Assembly (NCBI RefSeq): GCF_006345805.1
Contig: NC_043003.1
Span: 101,680,001 to 101,744,000 of the forward strand
Reading direction: 5' to 3'
DNA: 64,000 nucleotides
From: Octopus sinensis
Taxonomy: Eukaryota
Shown: positions 25,456-39,097 of the stretch, one piece after another
How positions within the stretch are numbered: position 1 is the stretch's first letter
How the letters are laid out: the number at the start of each line of letters is the position of its first letter
Program-made: the position numbers and the translations under genes
Notes under the pieces: model-generated
Databases searched by the model: none
What the model was told of the DNA's origin: nothing
What the model saw: only the letters and a program-made list of their open reading frames with translations

Positions 25456-26725
25456 CGAGGGGCGTTCAATAAGTAATGCCCCTGACCCACTTGCAGTTGT
25501 TTGATCTAGCTGAAATTTTGTATGTGCACTTATTTATACCTCTATAGATTAAGTGGCGAACTACAGCTCTGAACTAATTGTGGTTTCTGATTTACAGGTG
25601 TTTGAACTGAGTCAAGTGTGAAATGGAGCCTGTTGAGTGTCGAGCAGTGATCTGGATTTTGTATTTGAAAGGACGCACACCACGGGAGACTTTTGATGAA
25701 ATGAAAGTAACTTATGGTGATGATGCCCCATCATATGACCTTGTAAAACACTGGCATTGTGAATTCAAACATAGTTGGAACTCTGTGGAAACAGCTCCCA
25801 GATCTGGTCGCCCCCTTCTGCCATTGATGAGACGTCTGTCCGTCAAGTTGAGGCTGCCATTTTGGAAGGTCAACGCATAACTATTCGCCAAATAGCCCAT
25901 AAGGTCAAGATTAGTACTGGGTCTGTGGAAACTATCATTCATGACCATTTGCATATGCAAAAGGTGTCTGCCAGATGGATTTCCAGGTTGCTCACACCTT
26001 TCCAGAAGCAAGAACGCATTGAGTGCTCCAGGATGAATTTGGAGATGTGCCAAGAAGATGAGTCAAAATTTTTCAAAAGACTGATCACACAGGATAAAAC
26101 CTGGGTCCATCACTATGATCCATAGACCAAAGCCCAGTCAATGCAGTGAAAGCACCGTGACTCACCTCCTCCAAAGAAGGCAAGGGTGCAGCCCTCCGCT
26201 GACAAGGTTATGCTCACAGTCTTCTGGGACCAGGACGGAGTAGTGATGACAGATTTCCTGGCAAAGGGTACCACAATTACAGGAGCCTATTATGCTTCAC
26301 TTTTGAGGAAATTAAGAGAAGCTATCAAAATCAAGAGGCGGGGCAAGATCAGCAAAGGCATCCTCCTCCTGCACGACAACGCTCTGGTCCACAACTCGTG
26401 TGTCGCCAGATCAGAAGCACAGGCGTGCAGCTATGAACTCCTCCCCTTGCACCCTCTGATTTTCACCTCTTCCCAGCCATGAAGTTGATTTTGAAAGGAA
26501 AGCGTTTCCCAGATGATGCAGCCTTGATTTCTGAAGTCACGTCGTGGTTGGAGGACCAAGCTGGGGTCTTCTACAAAAACGGTCTCCAGAGCTGTATCAA
26601 ATGATGGGAGAAATGCATAACTCTGGGTAGTTCCTATGTAGGAAAAGACTAATAACTGTGCCAAGTGTCGTTGCTCTACTGCTATGGGAAGTGGGTCAGG
26701 GGCATTACTTATTGAACGCCCCTCG
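25456..26725 (+). mobile_element. Full-length mariner element (Hsmar2/irritans-like ends), inactivated transposase
   Basis: Perfect 37-bp TIRs CGAGGGGCGTTCAATAAGTAATGCCCCTGACCCACTT with TA TSD. Motifs SARWISRLLT, ITQDKTWVHHYDP, KVMLTVFWD, LHDNA; stops, frameshifts and a deletion in the YSPDL region. Confidence 0.95.
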
Positions 26726-26964
26726 TAAACATTAGATGATGGTGATGATATATGTTGATCACAGTGGGTGATAGCTAAAGAGTGTTAGGTCAGTGAAGTG
26801 TTAGATTGGGTTGGTATTACAGATTGGTCCTGGTGGATAGTAGAGAGGGAAGGGTTCATATCTATTAACCAAGAATAGGAACAATTTTTAGATATGTTTT
26901 TATATAATTTTTATATAATTTTTAGATATGTTCAATCAGAATTGACCTGAGGTACAACAACAAA

Positions 26965-27505
26965 TAATAGCAATAATAATAATGATGATAAAAGTATGCC
27001 CTGATGTAATACAAGGCAGTGACTTTCATGACTTCTGGTCTTAACTGATTGGAAGCGTTATCATGTAGTGTTTTGTCTTGGAATGAAAGATGGGCTACAG
27101 CAAATATTCTGCTCAATTCCACAGATCTGCTTATCTGTGGCTGACAATATGTGCATCTCTGATGACAAGCAGAAGTAGTGGGAGAGTACCATAGCCATGC
27201 GTTGAGAGGAAATTTTGGGGGTTTGAATAATTCCCCCCTGGAAACATGGGTGTTTTGTTCAACATCTTTATTCAGGGATCTTTTGAGCAGGATGGGCTAC
27301 TCAACCTGAAGAAAATTCTAACTGGGCCCCACCTGGGTCATGCACTGTTTATTTTGATATGAGATCACCTTGTGCACATATGGATGTGATGCATGTGCCT
27401 GGTGTACCCTTATCAGATGGGTAGTCATGATGGGAATACTGGACTTTGTATATTTGTCCCCCAGTGTCACTTTGGTGGCATGCCCTGCTCTCTCATTCAA
27501 TAATA
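26965..27505 (+). mobile_element. Dispersed retroposon 3' region with (AAT)n tail; second copy 56195-56765
   Basis: Two ~540-bp colinear diverged copies ending ctctctcattc(aat)n. Confidence 0.7.
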
Positions 27506-27506
27506 A

Positions 27507-27745
27507 CTAGCTGGACCCGTGAAAAATTCACAGAAAACATAAAAAAATGTAAGCATCTGTAAATTGTGTGCTGGTGCCATGAGAAATGTTTCTATATTGT
27601 GACACAGAATATAGAAAGAAGTGTAAAACTGATAACTGTATAATCCATCCAAAATATCTGTTACGCAAACGTAAACAGAATTAGTATTTAGCCTTAAAAT
27701 ACATTGTACATATTCAAAGAACCTTCTTGGTTTAATGGTATGGAA
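27507..27745 (-). mobile_element. Short Helitron-like element
   Basis: Minus-strand 3' end: hairpin (ctgtgaa..ttcacgg), then ..cagCTAG|t. 5' end uncertain. Confidence 0.45.
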
Positions 27746-28547
27746 CATTCTTCTGGTATTCTTTTTACTTGTTTCAGTCATTTGATGGTGGCCATGCTGG
27801 AGCACCGCCCTTTAGTCAAAGAAATCACCCCCTGGACTTATTCCTTGTAAGCTTGGTGCTTATTCTATCAGTCTCTTCTGCTGTACAGCTAACTTACGGG
27901 GACACAAACACACCAACATTGGCTGTCAAACTATGGTGGTGGGGGGACAAACACAGACACAAAAAATACACACTTATATGATGGGCTTCTTCCAATTTCC
28001 GTCTATCAAATTCATTCATGACACTTTGGTTAACCCAAGACCATAGTACAAGACACTCCTTAAAGTATAGAGTTGAATTTCGTGTAGCCACCAGTTGGCA
28101 ACTTTTCTCTCCCATTCATTTTGTAGGGAATATTACCCATTTTCCTGGGCTCTTTTCACAGCTATACCCCATTTGAAATTTGCATTAGTTTTCGTACGAC
28201 AAAAAAAAAGGAAAGAGGGGGGAAGCTTGTTTATAGTTTGTAGAGAAAACATTAAACATGCCTGAAAAAGAAACATGGTCTTTCCCCCCAACTAAAAGAC
28301 ATGAAGAACTATGGAAGAAGGTGAATTAGTAACGAGGGGTGGGTGAAAGAAGAGAGAACTAACAGTCGATCATTCTAGAACTCCTAGAGTAAAAACGTTA
28401 ACAGCTGAAAATCTTTCCCTCTTCTTCATTGTTAAAAGTAAAGAAGCTAGAAAAGATCGTATTTCATTCTAATTGTCATTGTAAATGACTGAAGCTTTCC
28501 TTTCTCTGCCTCTATCGCATCACTCCTTTTCTCTACAGTTAGGAGAG

Positions 28548-28860
28548 TGAAGGTGTGTGGCTCAGTGGTATTTGGCCCACGATCGTAAAGTAATGAGTAC
28601 GATTCTCTGCAGCGTGCTATGTTCTTGAGCAAGGTACTCTACTTCACCTTGCTGCAGTCCACTCAGCTGGCAAAAATGAGTTGTAGCTGTAATTCAAATG
28701 ACCCAGCCTTGTCATATTCTGTGTGAGGCTGAATCCTCCTGAGAACTACCTTATGGCATGCATGTCTGCGGAGTACTCAGCCACTTGCATGTTAATTTTA
28801 TGTGTAGACTGTTCATTGATTAGATAAACAGGAACCTTGTCATGGTAACCAACAAAGTGT
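28548..28860 (+). mobile_element. tRNA-derived SINE, third family (other copies 29150-29310 +, 52820-53130 -)
   Basis: Head ggtgtgtggctcagtggt; core ttgagcaag..ttcac.ttgct.cagtccactcagctggcaaaaatgagttgta shared by three copies. Confidence 0.7.
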
Positions 28861-29874
28861 CATCTTTTAAAAAGAGCGAAAAAAAAGAAATGTTTCATAT
28901 CATAAGGTAAAAATGTCATGTTTTTAGTATAAGCAGTGAAAGCTAAGACAAAATAATAGCTATTTCATCGCTCAGTTTGATACCAACAGCCTGTGCATTG
29001 GTGTTTATCTGGGGCTTGGCCTCCAGATCTGTAAGACCCACAAATGCCACTGTTAGGACTGGATTAACACTGATAGTGGCCCTAACGATTAAAAAGATTT
29101 TCCTGCACCTATATAGAATCTTTTTGTGTTTTCTTCCAATCACTTGAAGGTTTATCTTGCTCCAGTCCCACTCAGCTGGCTAAAATAGGTTGTAGCTGTA
29201 ACTGAAAGGGGCCAGCCTTGTCATATTCTGTGTTACACTGAATCATCCAGAGAACTACGTTAATGATATGCATGTCTGTGGAGTACTCAGCCACTTGTAA
29301 GTTAATTTTATCCTCATGTGGTAATGAAAAGTGAAAGTGACATCCAATATGTATCTATGTATCAACTTTTCTTTGGATCTATGTATCTACTGTCTCTCTT
29401 ACTTTCTTTCTCTTTCACTTCCTATGTGCGCCTCCTCTCTCCCACTTTTAATTTAACAATGTGTGTATGTATCTACGTATCTATTTTTCTTATGATGTGA
29501 TAAACTTTTAAAAACACAAAACGAACGCTGTCACCACTCAGTCTCTTTCACTCTCTCTCTCTCTTACTTCCTCTCAGAAACATTTAAAAACACAAAATGA
29601 ACGCCGTCACCACACAGTCTCTTTCACTCTCTCTCTTTCTCTCTGTCCTCCTCTCTTTCGTTTTGCCACTCACTTCTTTGAAGTAAATGTGATACACATG
29701 ACAAGTACATACAAAAAGAACAAACTGGCATATTAACATTATTGATGAAGATTGATCTAAGTCTTTGCAGAGGTAAATAAACACATTAAGAAGAGATTGA
29801 CTATTTATTGAAGTGAATTCAATAAATGAGTCAATTTGTATAAAATAATAATAATAATAAAAAAAATTCTGTAC

Positions 29875-30036
29875 CCCATAATCTTCAAAAATCAAACTTC
29901 CTAGACAGAGGGAACATACTATATTTCTCTTGACACACTCTGTTTCTTTATGATTGGTGATATCTCTTTTCAAAATGAATTTATTACAGTTAAGAGGGCA
30001 CATTACGGAGTTAAAATGGCATGTCTCCTGGTGTTC
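29875..30036 (-). CDS. TRAF6: TRAF6 coding exon 3 (162 bp, zinc fingers)
   Basis: tttccag|GAA CAC CAG...TAT GGG|gtacag; encodes EHQETCHFNSVMCPLNCNKFILKRDITNHKETECVKRNIVCSLCLGSLIFEDYG, phase 0/0. Confidence 0.92.
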
Positions 30037-30587
30037 CTGGAAATAGAAAAGAAAGAAAAATGTTACACATTATTACGTGAGGTTTCTTTAGATTCAGTAG
30101 AGCTATTACTCAGTCAACCATTTTTGTCAGCATCATTGAGACACTCTTCTGTTTTTGAATTTTCAAGAGTAGTCAACAATATATATTGTGCAGCCAATAT
30201 TGGACAGAGATTATTTCATGTTGCAGATTTTATGTATGTCTGTATGAATGAGTGTATATATAAATAATAATCAGCATAACCAACTTAAATTGGATGTGTT
30301 GCTTACATTACCTTAAACCACTGTTAATGTCCAGAGATACTATCTCATGTTGATGACATGTGCTAATTAAGCACTGACTATATTAGCTGACAAAATGATC
30401 GTTTTCACAGTGGATGGCACTGCCATGTAATGCAAGTATGAAAAGTAGTTGAACCAATAAAGTATAATAATGACCAAACGGCCAGTGATGTTGCATAAAA
30501 CCAGTGCATTACAAATAAATTAACTATGAGCAACAGTAGAGGTGTATGTAATCTAATATAATAATGAGCATAGTATTTTTATATATT

Positions 30588-30633
<46 letters not shown>

Positions 30634-30634
<1 letters not shown>

Positions 30635-31140
30635 TAGCAGCTAAGTCCGGTTTCACCTGGTGAGTTTGGATGATGTGGCTGTAAAACTTGCTCTGTGTAA
30701 ACATTCGACTTGTTTGGGCACGCTTACGTTAAAAAAACAATTCAACCAAATCAAAAATAAACCCAAATACTAAGCGAACAAAGATGAACCAACCCACTTC
30801 CATTGCGCGTGCACACGCACACAGACACACACACATTCACATATCCCCCTTTTACATACACACACATATATTCACACAGAGTTGAAATGCTGTTTGATTT
30901 ATTTTTTCAGCGTACAATTTTCATCATCCCACTACCAAGTATATCACCCCTTCCTTCCTCATTCATAGACACAAAAGAGTATTATTATAGTAGATTATCT
31001 CGGTAAACATGGGAGCTATGAAAAAATACACAGTCCAGCATCACCACCAGATCATTCTACACATCTGTGTAATTTTTTGTGCAATTCCAGCCAGCCGTTT
31101 GACCCTGAATCCCAAGACAAGAAAGAATCGCATATGTCAA

Positions 31141-31178
<38 letters not shown>

Positions 31179-31684
31179 TAGCAGCTAAGTCCGGTTTCAC
31201 CTGGTGAGTTTGGATGATGTGGCTGTAAAACTTGCTCTGTGTAAACATTCGACTTGTTTGGGCACGCTTACGTTAAAAAAACAATTCAACCAAATCAAAA
31301 ATAAACCCAAATACTAAGCGAACAAAGATGAACCAACCCACTTCCATTGCGCGTGCACACGCACACAGACACACACACATTCACATATCCCCCTTTTACA
31401 TACACACACATATATTCACACAGAGTTGAAATGCTGTTTGATTTATTTTTTCAGCGTACAATTTTCATCATCCCACTACCAAGTATATCACCCCTTCCTT
31501 CCTCATTCATAGACACAAAAGAGTATTATTATAGTAGATTATCTCGGTAAACATGGGAGCTATGAAAAAATACACAGTCCAGCATCACCACCAGATCATT
31601 CTACACATCTGTGTAATTTTTTGTGCAATTCCAGCCAGCCGTTTGACCCTGAATCCCAAGACAAGAAAGAATCGCATATGTCAA

Positions 31685-31688
<4 letters not shown>
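30634..31688 (-). mobile_element. Head-to-tail dimer (544-bp period) of a non-autonomous Helitron-like element in (TA)n
   Basis: Units 30634-31144 and 31178-31688 look identical. Each minus-strand 3' end has hairpin ccaggtgaaaccgg followed by gctgCTAG|t. Confidence 0.75.
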
Positions 31689-31725
<37 letters not shown>

Positions 31726-31979
31726 ATCAGTTAGTTGTCAAAATAAAACTCAGTTCTGGAAGTCAGGGCTGAAGCCAGCTCCAGCATCTCAACAGTTAAG
31801 ACAAAAACACTATGAAAAAAATCCCATTAAATAAAGGGAAGTTACTCCAATGGGCACACATGTACACACATATACATACACGTAAACACACGCACATACA
31901 CACATATGTGCCCATGCACACATCATTGTGTTCATATGCACATCTCTATATGCACATGCACATATATGTGTATATATAA

Positions 31980-32016
<37 letters not shown>

Positions 32017-32229
32017 AATATATACACACACACACAAATGCAGCCTCCTGTCTGTCAAACACTCCTACACCTGCAGATATACAAACATATATACATACAT
32101 ATATGTATGAAGGAAGGAGACAAGTACAACGGATACAGTCTTACACTCGTATATATACATGCATACGTATACATGAACACACATACACGTTTGGTATATG
32201 CTTATACATACAAATACTACATGCATATA

Positions 32230-34100
32230 TAGTCACACAATTATGAAAGGGGAAAAATAAAATACAGAAAGTATATATAAGCAATAAAAAGTATATAACA
32301 AAATATATAAGAACTGTTAAGACGCATGAAAGGCTTGTACGTGGACATAATATAAAAATACAAAGAGCAGGTTCTATCTGTGATCTTGGGGGTCCCAAAA
32401 ATGTAACAAATGTTTTGCCATATATGGACATGACCCAAAAAGTTCAGTTCTTGAATTTAGACATGTAGCAGGGTCTAAAGAACTTTTCCAGATGATCCAT
32501 CTTTCCATATTGCAAAGATCATTTTGGCGGGAGTAAGGGGGTGTGAACCAGATAATTTTCCTATTCCTATGTTTTCTTTTCTTTATTTCTGGACTAATAA
32601 CAGGTATATAGGTTATTTCCTTACTAAAACCACTATCTTTAAGAGCTTTATTATATATTGGGGCAACATTATTAAATATGTTTATGTCGGAGGTGAGGCT
32701 AGAAATTCTCTAACTAAGGTTTTTAACTAAATTCTTAAACACTAGAGGTGGGGTAGGAATCTACATTAATATAACTAAGTCTATCGTTGGGCTTACTATA
32801 AGGTTTGTAAATATTCTTATTTAAATCTAAAGATACATCAAGGAAATTGACAACCGTCAGGTTGGTATCTACTGTTATGCTACGGTTGAATGTTTTCATC
32901 AAGTGGATAATGTCCTTCCTTAACCAATCTTGCGCTGGTCCACTGGTATTTGTAGTTAAAGCTAGAGCATCATCTTTGCAAACGGCAAAATATACACCAG
33001 GAAAAGTTTTACCTAATGTATCAAGTAGGAATAGTCCAATGAGATCGCATATGCTTGCTCCATCATATGACCCCATGCTCACATCGAAGGTACCCTCTGT
33101 ATTGGTTGACTTAACCCACTCTGCATTCTCACCGAAGAGTAAAGTCTTTCTAGCATGGCAGATTATGTCCTTATCTTGTGTACTAATTTCTATAAATTCG
33201 CTTGTGAAGGTGAGGGCTTTATCGAGCAGTTCCTTAGAGATAGAAGCATAGAAATCAACAATGTCGAATTGCGTAAATCTCGTTTTATTCTTATTCCTAA
33301 TGGCTTTAAGCCAATCAACGACTTCTATACTATTAGACCATTGTACTAACCTAGTAGCATTTCTGACTTCAGCATTGATATTTCCTAAAATTTCTTTACT
33401 AATAATACCAATTTCTGATTTTGCTGGGTTAATAAGTCTACATTTAGGATTAGATAGGAAGTTCTTCTTCTGGTCTTTAATAGTTATAAAGGCCTCTTTT
33501 TTGGGGAGGACCTCTATTTTTTAAAATCTAATTTAAGCCTAGAGGTGATAATGCTAGCTTCTTTATTAATATTGTTATAAACTTGTGGTCTAGCTTTAGT
33601 GTAATTATTAATAGTGTTGTTATGTAGAAGACGTGAGTATGTGCTGTTTTCTACAAGGTATAAGTTCTTGGTTTTATCAGAAAAACCCCCCGTTTTTTTG
33701 GAACTTCTTATGTATTTGATGTCATGTTCCAGTTTCTGTTGGAAAGTGTTAAAAGACGAAATTTATTTTGTTTATAAGCTTCAGTAGGTCCGTTTCAAAA
33801 TCTTCTAAGTCCTTGATTTTAAGAGGGAATTTCTTTGATTAAATTTCATAAAATATGTTCTCTGTAGTAGCCTCTTCCATGTTGTAAAAGAAGGCTTTCC
33901 ATCTCATACGCTTAATAAGATCTGTAATTTTCTCCAAAAGTTTCTTAGAGTATAGTTCCCTGAATGGTATAGGTATGATTTTCATAGAATAATCGATACT
34001 GGAGGCGTCCATATCAAATTCTTCTGCGGGGCAGAGTTCTCAACTGATTTATAGCAACTTTTTAAAACAAGCTGTATGGGCTTCTAAAGAAAAAGCTGTG
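32230..34100 (-). mobile_element. Penelope-like retroelement (Naiad-type), decayed and internally deleted
   Basis: From ATG 34012: YSMKIIPIP..KRMRWKAFF; FDIVDFYASI; MGSYDGASICDLIGLFLL; CKDDAL; VNFLDVSLDL; YKPYSKPN; IIWFTPPYS; then directly DLCNMERWII..LNSRTELFGSC. Confidence 0.85.
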
Positions 34101-34104
34101 GTAT

Positions 34105-34583
34105 ATATATATATATATTTATCCAAAATCAGAGTAGAAGTAGGATGGAGTAGGAGAAAGAGTAGTATAAGTGAAGGGAGAGGAAAGAAAATAGTAATTC
34201 AGTGAAGAAGTAGTGAGAGAAATAACCCTGACTGAGAGAGAGTGAGAGAAAGTAATAGCAATGAGAGAAAGGAAGGGGTGATAGATGAATAATGAAGGAA
34301 GGGGTGAAAAAAAATCAGCATTTCAACTGTGTTAGTATATGTGTGTGTATGTAAAAGGGAGGTATGTGAATGTTTGCTTGTGTGTGTGTGTGCAATGGAA
34401 ATGGGATGGTGAACGTTCAACATTGAAAAGAAAAATCAAACAGCATTTCAACTCTATTTGAGTATATATGTGTGCATGTACAAGGGAAGTATGTGAATGT
34501 TTGTATCTGTGATTATTATGTACCTTATTTATATATAAAATACAACAATCAGTCGTCATTTATGACGGCACAGGGTCAGCTAG
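34105..34583 (+). mobile_element. Non-autonomous Helitron-like element related to the 30.6-31.7 kb dimer
   Basis: 3' hairpin gtcgtcat-tt-atgacggc, then cagCTAG|t; interior aaatcaaacagcatttcaactc... is the reverse complement of ~30836-30905. Confidence 0.65.
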
Positions 34584-35169
34584 TGAGTAATAATTAGCAA
34601 ATCCAACTTAAATTGAAGATATTGTTCAGATTGCCTTAAACTGTTGTTAACGTGCTAATTACTATTCGTTTCTAACACTGTTACTGTCACTATTAGCTAG
34701 GTTATTAGTAACCTGCTGGTTTTATGCAACATCATTGATCATTTAGCCTGGCTTTCTTTTACATTCTTCCTTATGGTGGACTATTTTCAATCAAACTGTT
34801 GTATGTACCTGATGAATAAGGTCACCATATAACTAAAGACATTCATAATATTATGCAAGATGCAAACCATGTGCTTTTGAAACAGATGTAATACTCAACT
34901 ATATCTTCCATCCCTTTCATTTACAGATTTGTCACATTATAAGCAACATTTGTTGCTTGTGAAAAGAAGTTGTATCGCACCTGTCATTGGAACTTTCTGT
35001 CTAATCTTGATATGGGACAAACTGTATTCAATGCATTGATTAATAAATTTTATTGATCAATTATTGAGCCATCTGTATTTTCAATACAAGCCATGTTTAT
35101 GCTAGAAACTAATCAACTGCATTTTATCATGATCATTTGTCTGGCCATAAAGGACATACCTGTATGTAT

Positions 35170-35750
35170 GGCCATGATTTTACTTAGCTTGATGTGTCTT
35201 CTCAAGCACAGTAAATTGCCAGAAGTCCCTTGTCATCTCCTCAGAGTGGCTCAACATCTGAAGGTCATTTCGCATCACCTTGTCCCATGTCTTCGCCCTC
35301 CCACAGGTTCCTTCCACAATTAGAGATTGGCACTTCTTTATGCAACTGTCCTCATCCATATGCATCACATGACAATATCAGTGTGTTTTTTTTCTCTTGC
35401 ATGCTACATCTGATGCCTCTTATACACAATTTTTCTCTTAAATCATTTACACTCAATCATATATGCACATTGACATTACCCATCCAGTGGAGTTTGCTGA
35501 CTTCATTTCTTTGAAGCCATCACATGTCCTCTGCAGTCATAGCCCATGTTTCACTGCTATGTAGCATAGCTGTTTGTATACAGGCAACATATAATTTGCC
35601 TTTCATTCCGAGAGGGAGGCCCTTTGTTACCAACAAAGTTCTGTGAACTATGCCTGGCCTGTTCTTATTTTAGCAACTACACTTTCAGAGCATCCTCCCC
35701 CACTACTTAACTTTGTTGCCTAGGTAACAGAATCTATCCACTACTTCTAA
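35170..35750 (-). mobile_element. RTE LINE 3' fragment (decayed)
   Basis: VEGTCGRAKTWDKVMRNDL..LEKTHQAK matches the RTE ORF C-terminus also seen at 45780-46055. Confidence 0.75.
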
Positions 35751-36864
35751 GGATCATCCCTGGACATTCGAGGAAGTTTATTTTCAGTGCATTCTTGATG
35801 TTTATTGTACCTGCACATCTGCCACACACAGACTACTTCCTCTGTTAACAATCCTGTGATACTGTTGCAACATGTGAGTGGGGTTGGTAGATGGAAACTA
35901 AAAGAAGCCCGTAGTATATATACATGTGTGCATGTGTGTGTATGTTTGTCCCCTAACACCACTGGACAACTGGTGCTGGTGTGTTTACATCCCCATAACT
36001 TAACAGTTTGGCAAAAGGGCTTGATAAAATAAGTACCAGGCATTAAAAAAAAAAAGTACTAGGATCAATTTGTTTGACTAAAATCTTTCAAGATGGTGGC
36101 CCAGCATGGCTGCAGTCCAATGACTGACACAAATAAAAGAATACACACACACACACATATATAGGATAAAAAGTTTTGAATGGTACAAAATGTACTATAA
36201 TACAAAAAAATGGACTATATACCTGTTGTAATTTAGTCATCCATAGTCTGATATGATACTTCGGAATAAATTTCGATCACTTCCTCTCCCACCTCTGGCT
36301 AGGTAACCATGTATCTCCTTTACAATAGCACACCTCTTTCTTGTTAACTCTCCTTCTCTCTCAAGGTAAACATGTCCCTCCTCTTTCTGTCCTCATTCTT
36401 GTTAACTCTTGCTCTCTTCCTCTCAGTAGCTGGGTGACTATGTACCTCCTCTACAGCAAGACATCTATTTCTGTTTCTGTCACACCCTAACCTTTCATCA
36501 CCTGACATAAGATCACCTCCTCCAATGCCCCCTCCCCTCTTAAAGATTCCTTGTCTTGCAAAGTACTTGGTGACCCTGCCAGTGCAGGTGCCACTTAAAA
36601 TGCACCCAGTTCGAACTGTAAAGTGGTTGGCATTTGGAAGGGCATCCATCTGTAAAAGCCATGTCCAAACTGACCCTGCCATAGAAACCATGCCAAAATA
36701 GACACAGAAGAATGGTGTAAGCTCCTGTCAAACTGTCCAACCCATGCCAGCATGGAAGGAAGATGTTAAATGATGATGATGATATATCCTTTAAGTTTGT
36801 TTACAGGAAACGTTTTGATAGGCACACACACACACACACACACTATACAAACACACTACACATA

Positions 36865-38401
36865 CAGCCTTGGTCAAAATTATGGAGCAGGTATAAAAAA
36901 ATAGAGAATATGATTGAATCTCATTTACTTAATAACTGAAAACAGTATAATAAACATTTTAGAGTCCATCACATCAATAATTAGTATTTGATATATCCTC
37001 CTTTTGCTTTGATAACCACTTTTATGTGTTTTTACATACTTGAGACTAAGTTGGGGCTCATAGCGAGCTCAATTTTCTGCTACTTTTCATGAATTTTGGC
37101 TTCTAATTCACTTTCTCTAGAACATTTACATCCCCTCACTCGTATACCTAAAGTGTGACCACAAATGTTCAATGGGATTAAGTTCTGAAGACTAAGAGGG
37201 CCATTTCATTGCCCCATCCCTTTTCCCCTAAACCAACCCATTGAGACTCTGGATGTGTGGCATGGAGCACTGTCTTGTTGAAAGATTATGCCATCTGGGA
37301 CGTTATCATTGAAAATTTTAGCTAAGGAAGGTTGATAAACTTGATCTAACATGCTGATGTATGTGTTGGAATTCATTCTACCCTCACAAGTGAACAACAT
37401 TTCTGGGCCTGAAGAGTACATGTAGCCCCCAAAACTTCCTCCTCCGAATTTGACTGCTGGGACCACACATCCAGGATGAAAAGCCTCTCATCTCTAAGGT
37501 GAATATAAACAGCTTCAGGGGTTCCAAAGATTTGAAGAGAAAAAAGATTTACTGATCATTTTGGGTATCCAATTAAAAGTGTAAGAATTCCAATTATGCC
37601 TAGTAAAGTGGTGGAAATGAATGTGGAGAACCTAAATCAAAGTTACTGTCATCAGACCAAACAACTTTAGAACAGCCATCATCAGTCTAATCTTCATGTT
37701 CCTTTACCCAAGACAGTTGCTTCTTTATGTTCACTTCAGACAGCAATGGTTTCTTTCTGGCCTTACATCTTTTGAGCCCAGCTTCTAATAACCTTATCAA
37801 TGTGTGAGTTGATATATCTTTGTTTGTTGCCACCAAAAACTCAGCAGTTAAGTCAAAAGAGGTCTTTTTCTGATCCGCTAGAGATATCCTCTTCAGCGAC
37901 TTGTCTTCTCCCATGGTTGTACACTTTTTATGATCTTGTCCTTTACAGTTTTTGAAAGAATTGGTCTCATTGTACCTTTTGATGGACACCCTTTTCGAGC
38001 ATTTCAATTTTCTTGCAATTTCAACTTGGGAGAATTCTTCACTAGATAATGCAATGATTTGAGTCCTTTGAATTTCAGAAACCTGTTGCTTTGAAGACAT
38101 TTTCAACAAATATTAACCACTGATAAGTTATCAATAAGATATTCACTGAGAAAATAGTAAAAGATGTTAGTGTAAAACAATGAGTGCAGAAAATTGACCC
38201 AGCCACAAGCACCAACTTAGTATCAACTATCCAAAAATGCATAAAAGTGGATATAAAAGCAAAAGGAGGACATATCAATCACAATTTGTTGATGGATTAG
38301 ATTCTAGAATGTTTATTATACTGTTTTCAATTATTAAATAAATGAGTTTCAATCATTTTCTTTATTTTCACATACCTGCGCCATAATTTTGGCCAAAGCA
38401 G
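36865..38401 (-). mobile_element. Tc1-like transposon with long (~200-bp) imperfect TIRs, inactivated
   Basis: TA|cagccttggtcaaaattatgg.. and ..ccataattttggccaaagcag|TA; inverted similarity runs ~36865-37080 / 38200-38401. Motifs KARKKPLLS, PAVKFGGG, FQQDSAPCHT, ELNPIEHLW. Confidence 0.9.
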
Positions 38402-38822
38402 TATGTATATGCTACATATGCACATATTCATCTGTCAGAGGAATGAGGACCACCTAATCATCTTTAAGGGTAACAGATGACTTGCATGGTGATTTTAAAT
38501 AAAGTGAAGAAGAGTTGTACAGCCAAACTCACTAACTTGCGTGCGACTGTCTTCAGCCCTGTGGTAAGACCAGGTCAAGATGACTGGGGATGAAGACAGA
38601 TGCAGCGGATGATCAAAATGTCTTGTTTGCAACATCTTGCTCTCTGCAGTTATTTAGAACTATTTTACTAACTCCTTCATTTAACAATGTTACAAGAGGG
38701 TTAGTTCGCTAACATGATGCTCACAATAAAACATGAATTTCACTGAACGAAGTACATTACATCACCTACATACTAGATTCAGTTACAAAGCAAGAGGGTA
38801 AGAAAAAAGAACTGGTACTCAC

Positions 38823-38979
38823 TTCAATTTGATTCAACTCCACAATATGTTTACAACCATTCCTTGAGTAAGGACAATGAACTTTCATAGAAAGGATCTC
38901 TCTCTTCACATAATTATCTGGAAACATTTTGTTCTGATCCACATCTGCATTGTCAATGGGACACTTGCAGTTGCCTTCT
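38823..38979 (-). CDS. TRAF6: TRAF6 coding exon 2 (157 bp; RING C-terminal end and ZF1)
   Basis: ttccacag|A GAA GGC...ATT GAA|gtgagt; encodes EGNCKCPIDNADVDQNKMFPDNYVKREILSMKVHCPYSRNGCKHIVELNQIE, phase 2/0. Confidence 0.95.
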
Positions 38980-39097
38980 CTGTGGAAAAAGAAACAGATA
39001 AGACCAATACATATATATACATATGTACGTACACACATATATATATATGTACGTACATATATATATATATATACATACATATTTTTTTTTTTTTTCG

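Noticed and set aside
30265-34745. Patchy similarity between ~30265-30520 and ~34588-34745
   Set aside because: Short, diverged and partly inverted; cannot define an element or TSD by eye.
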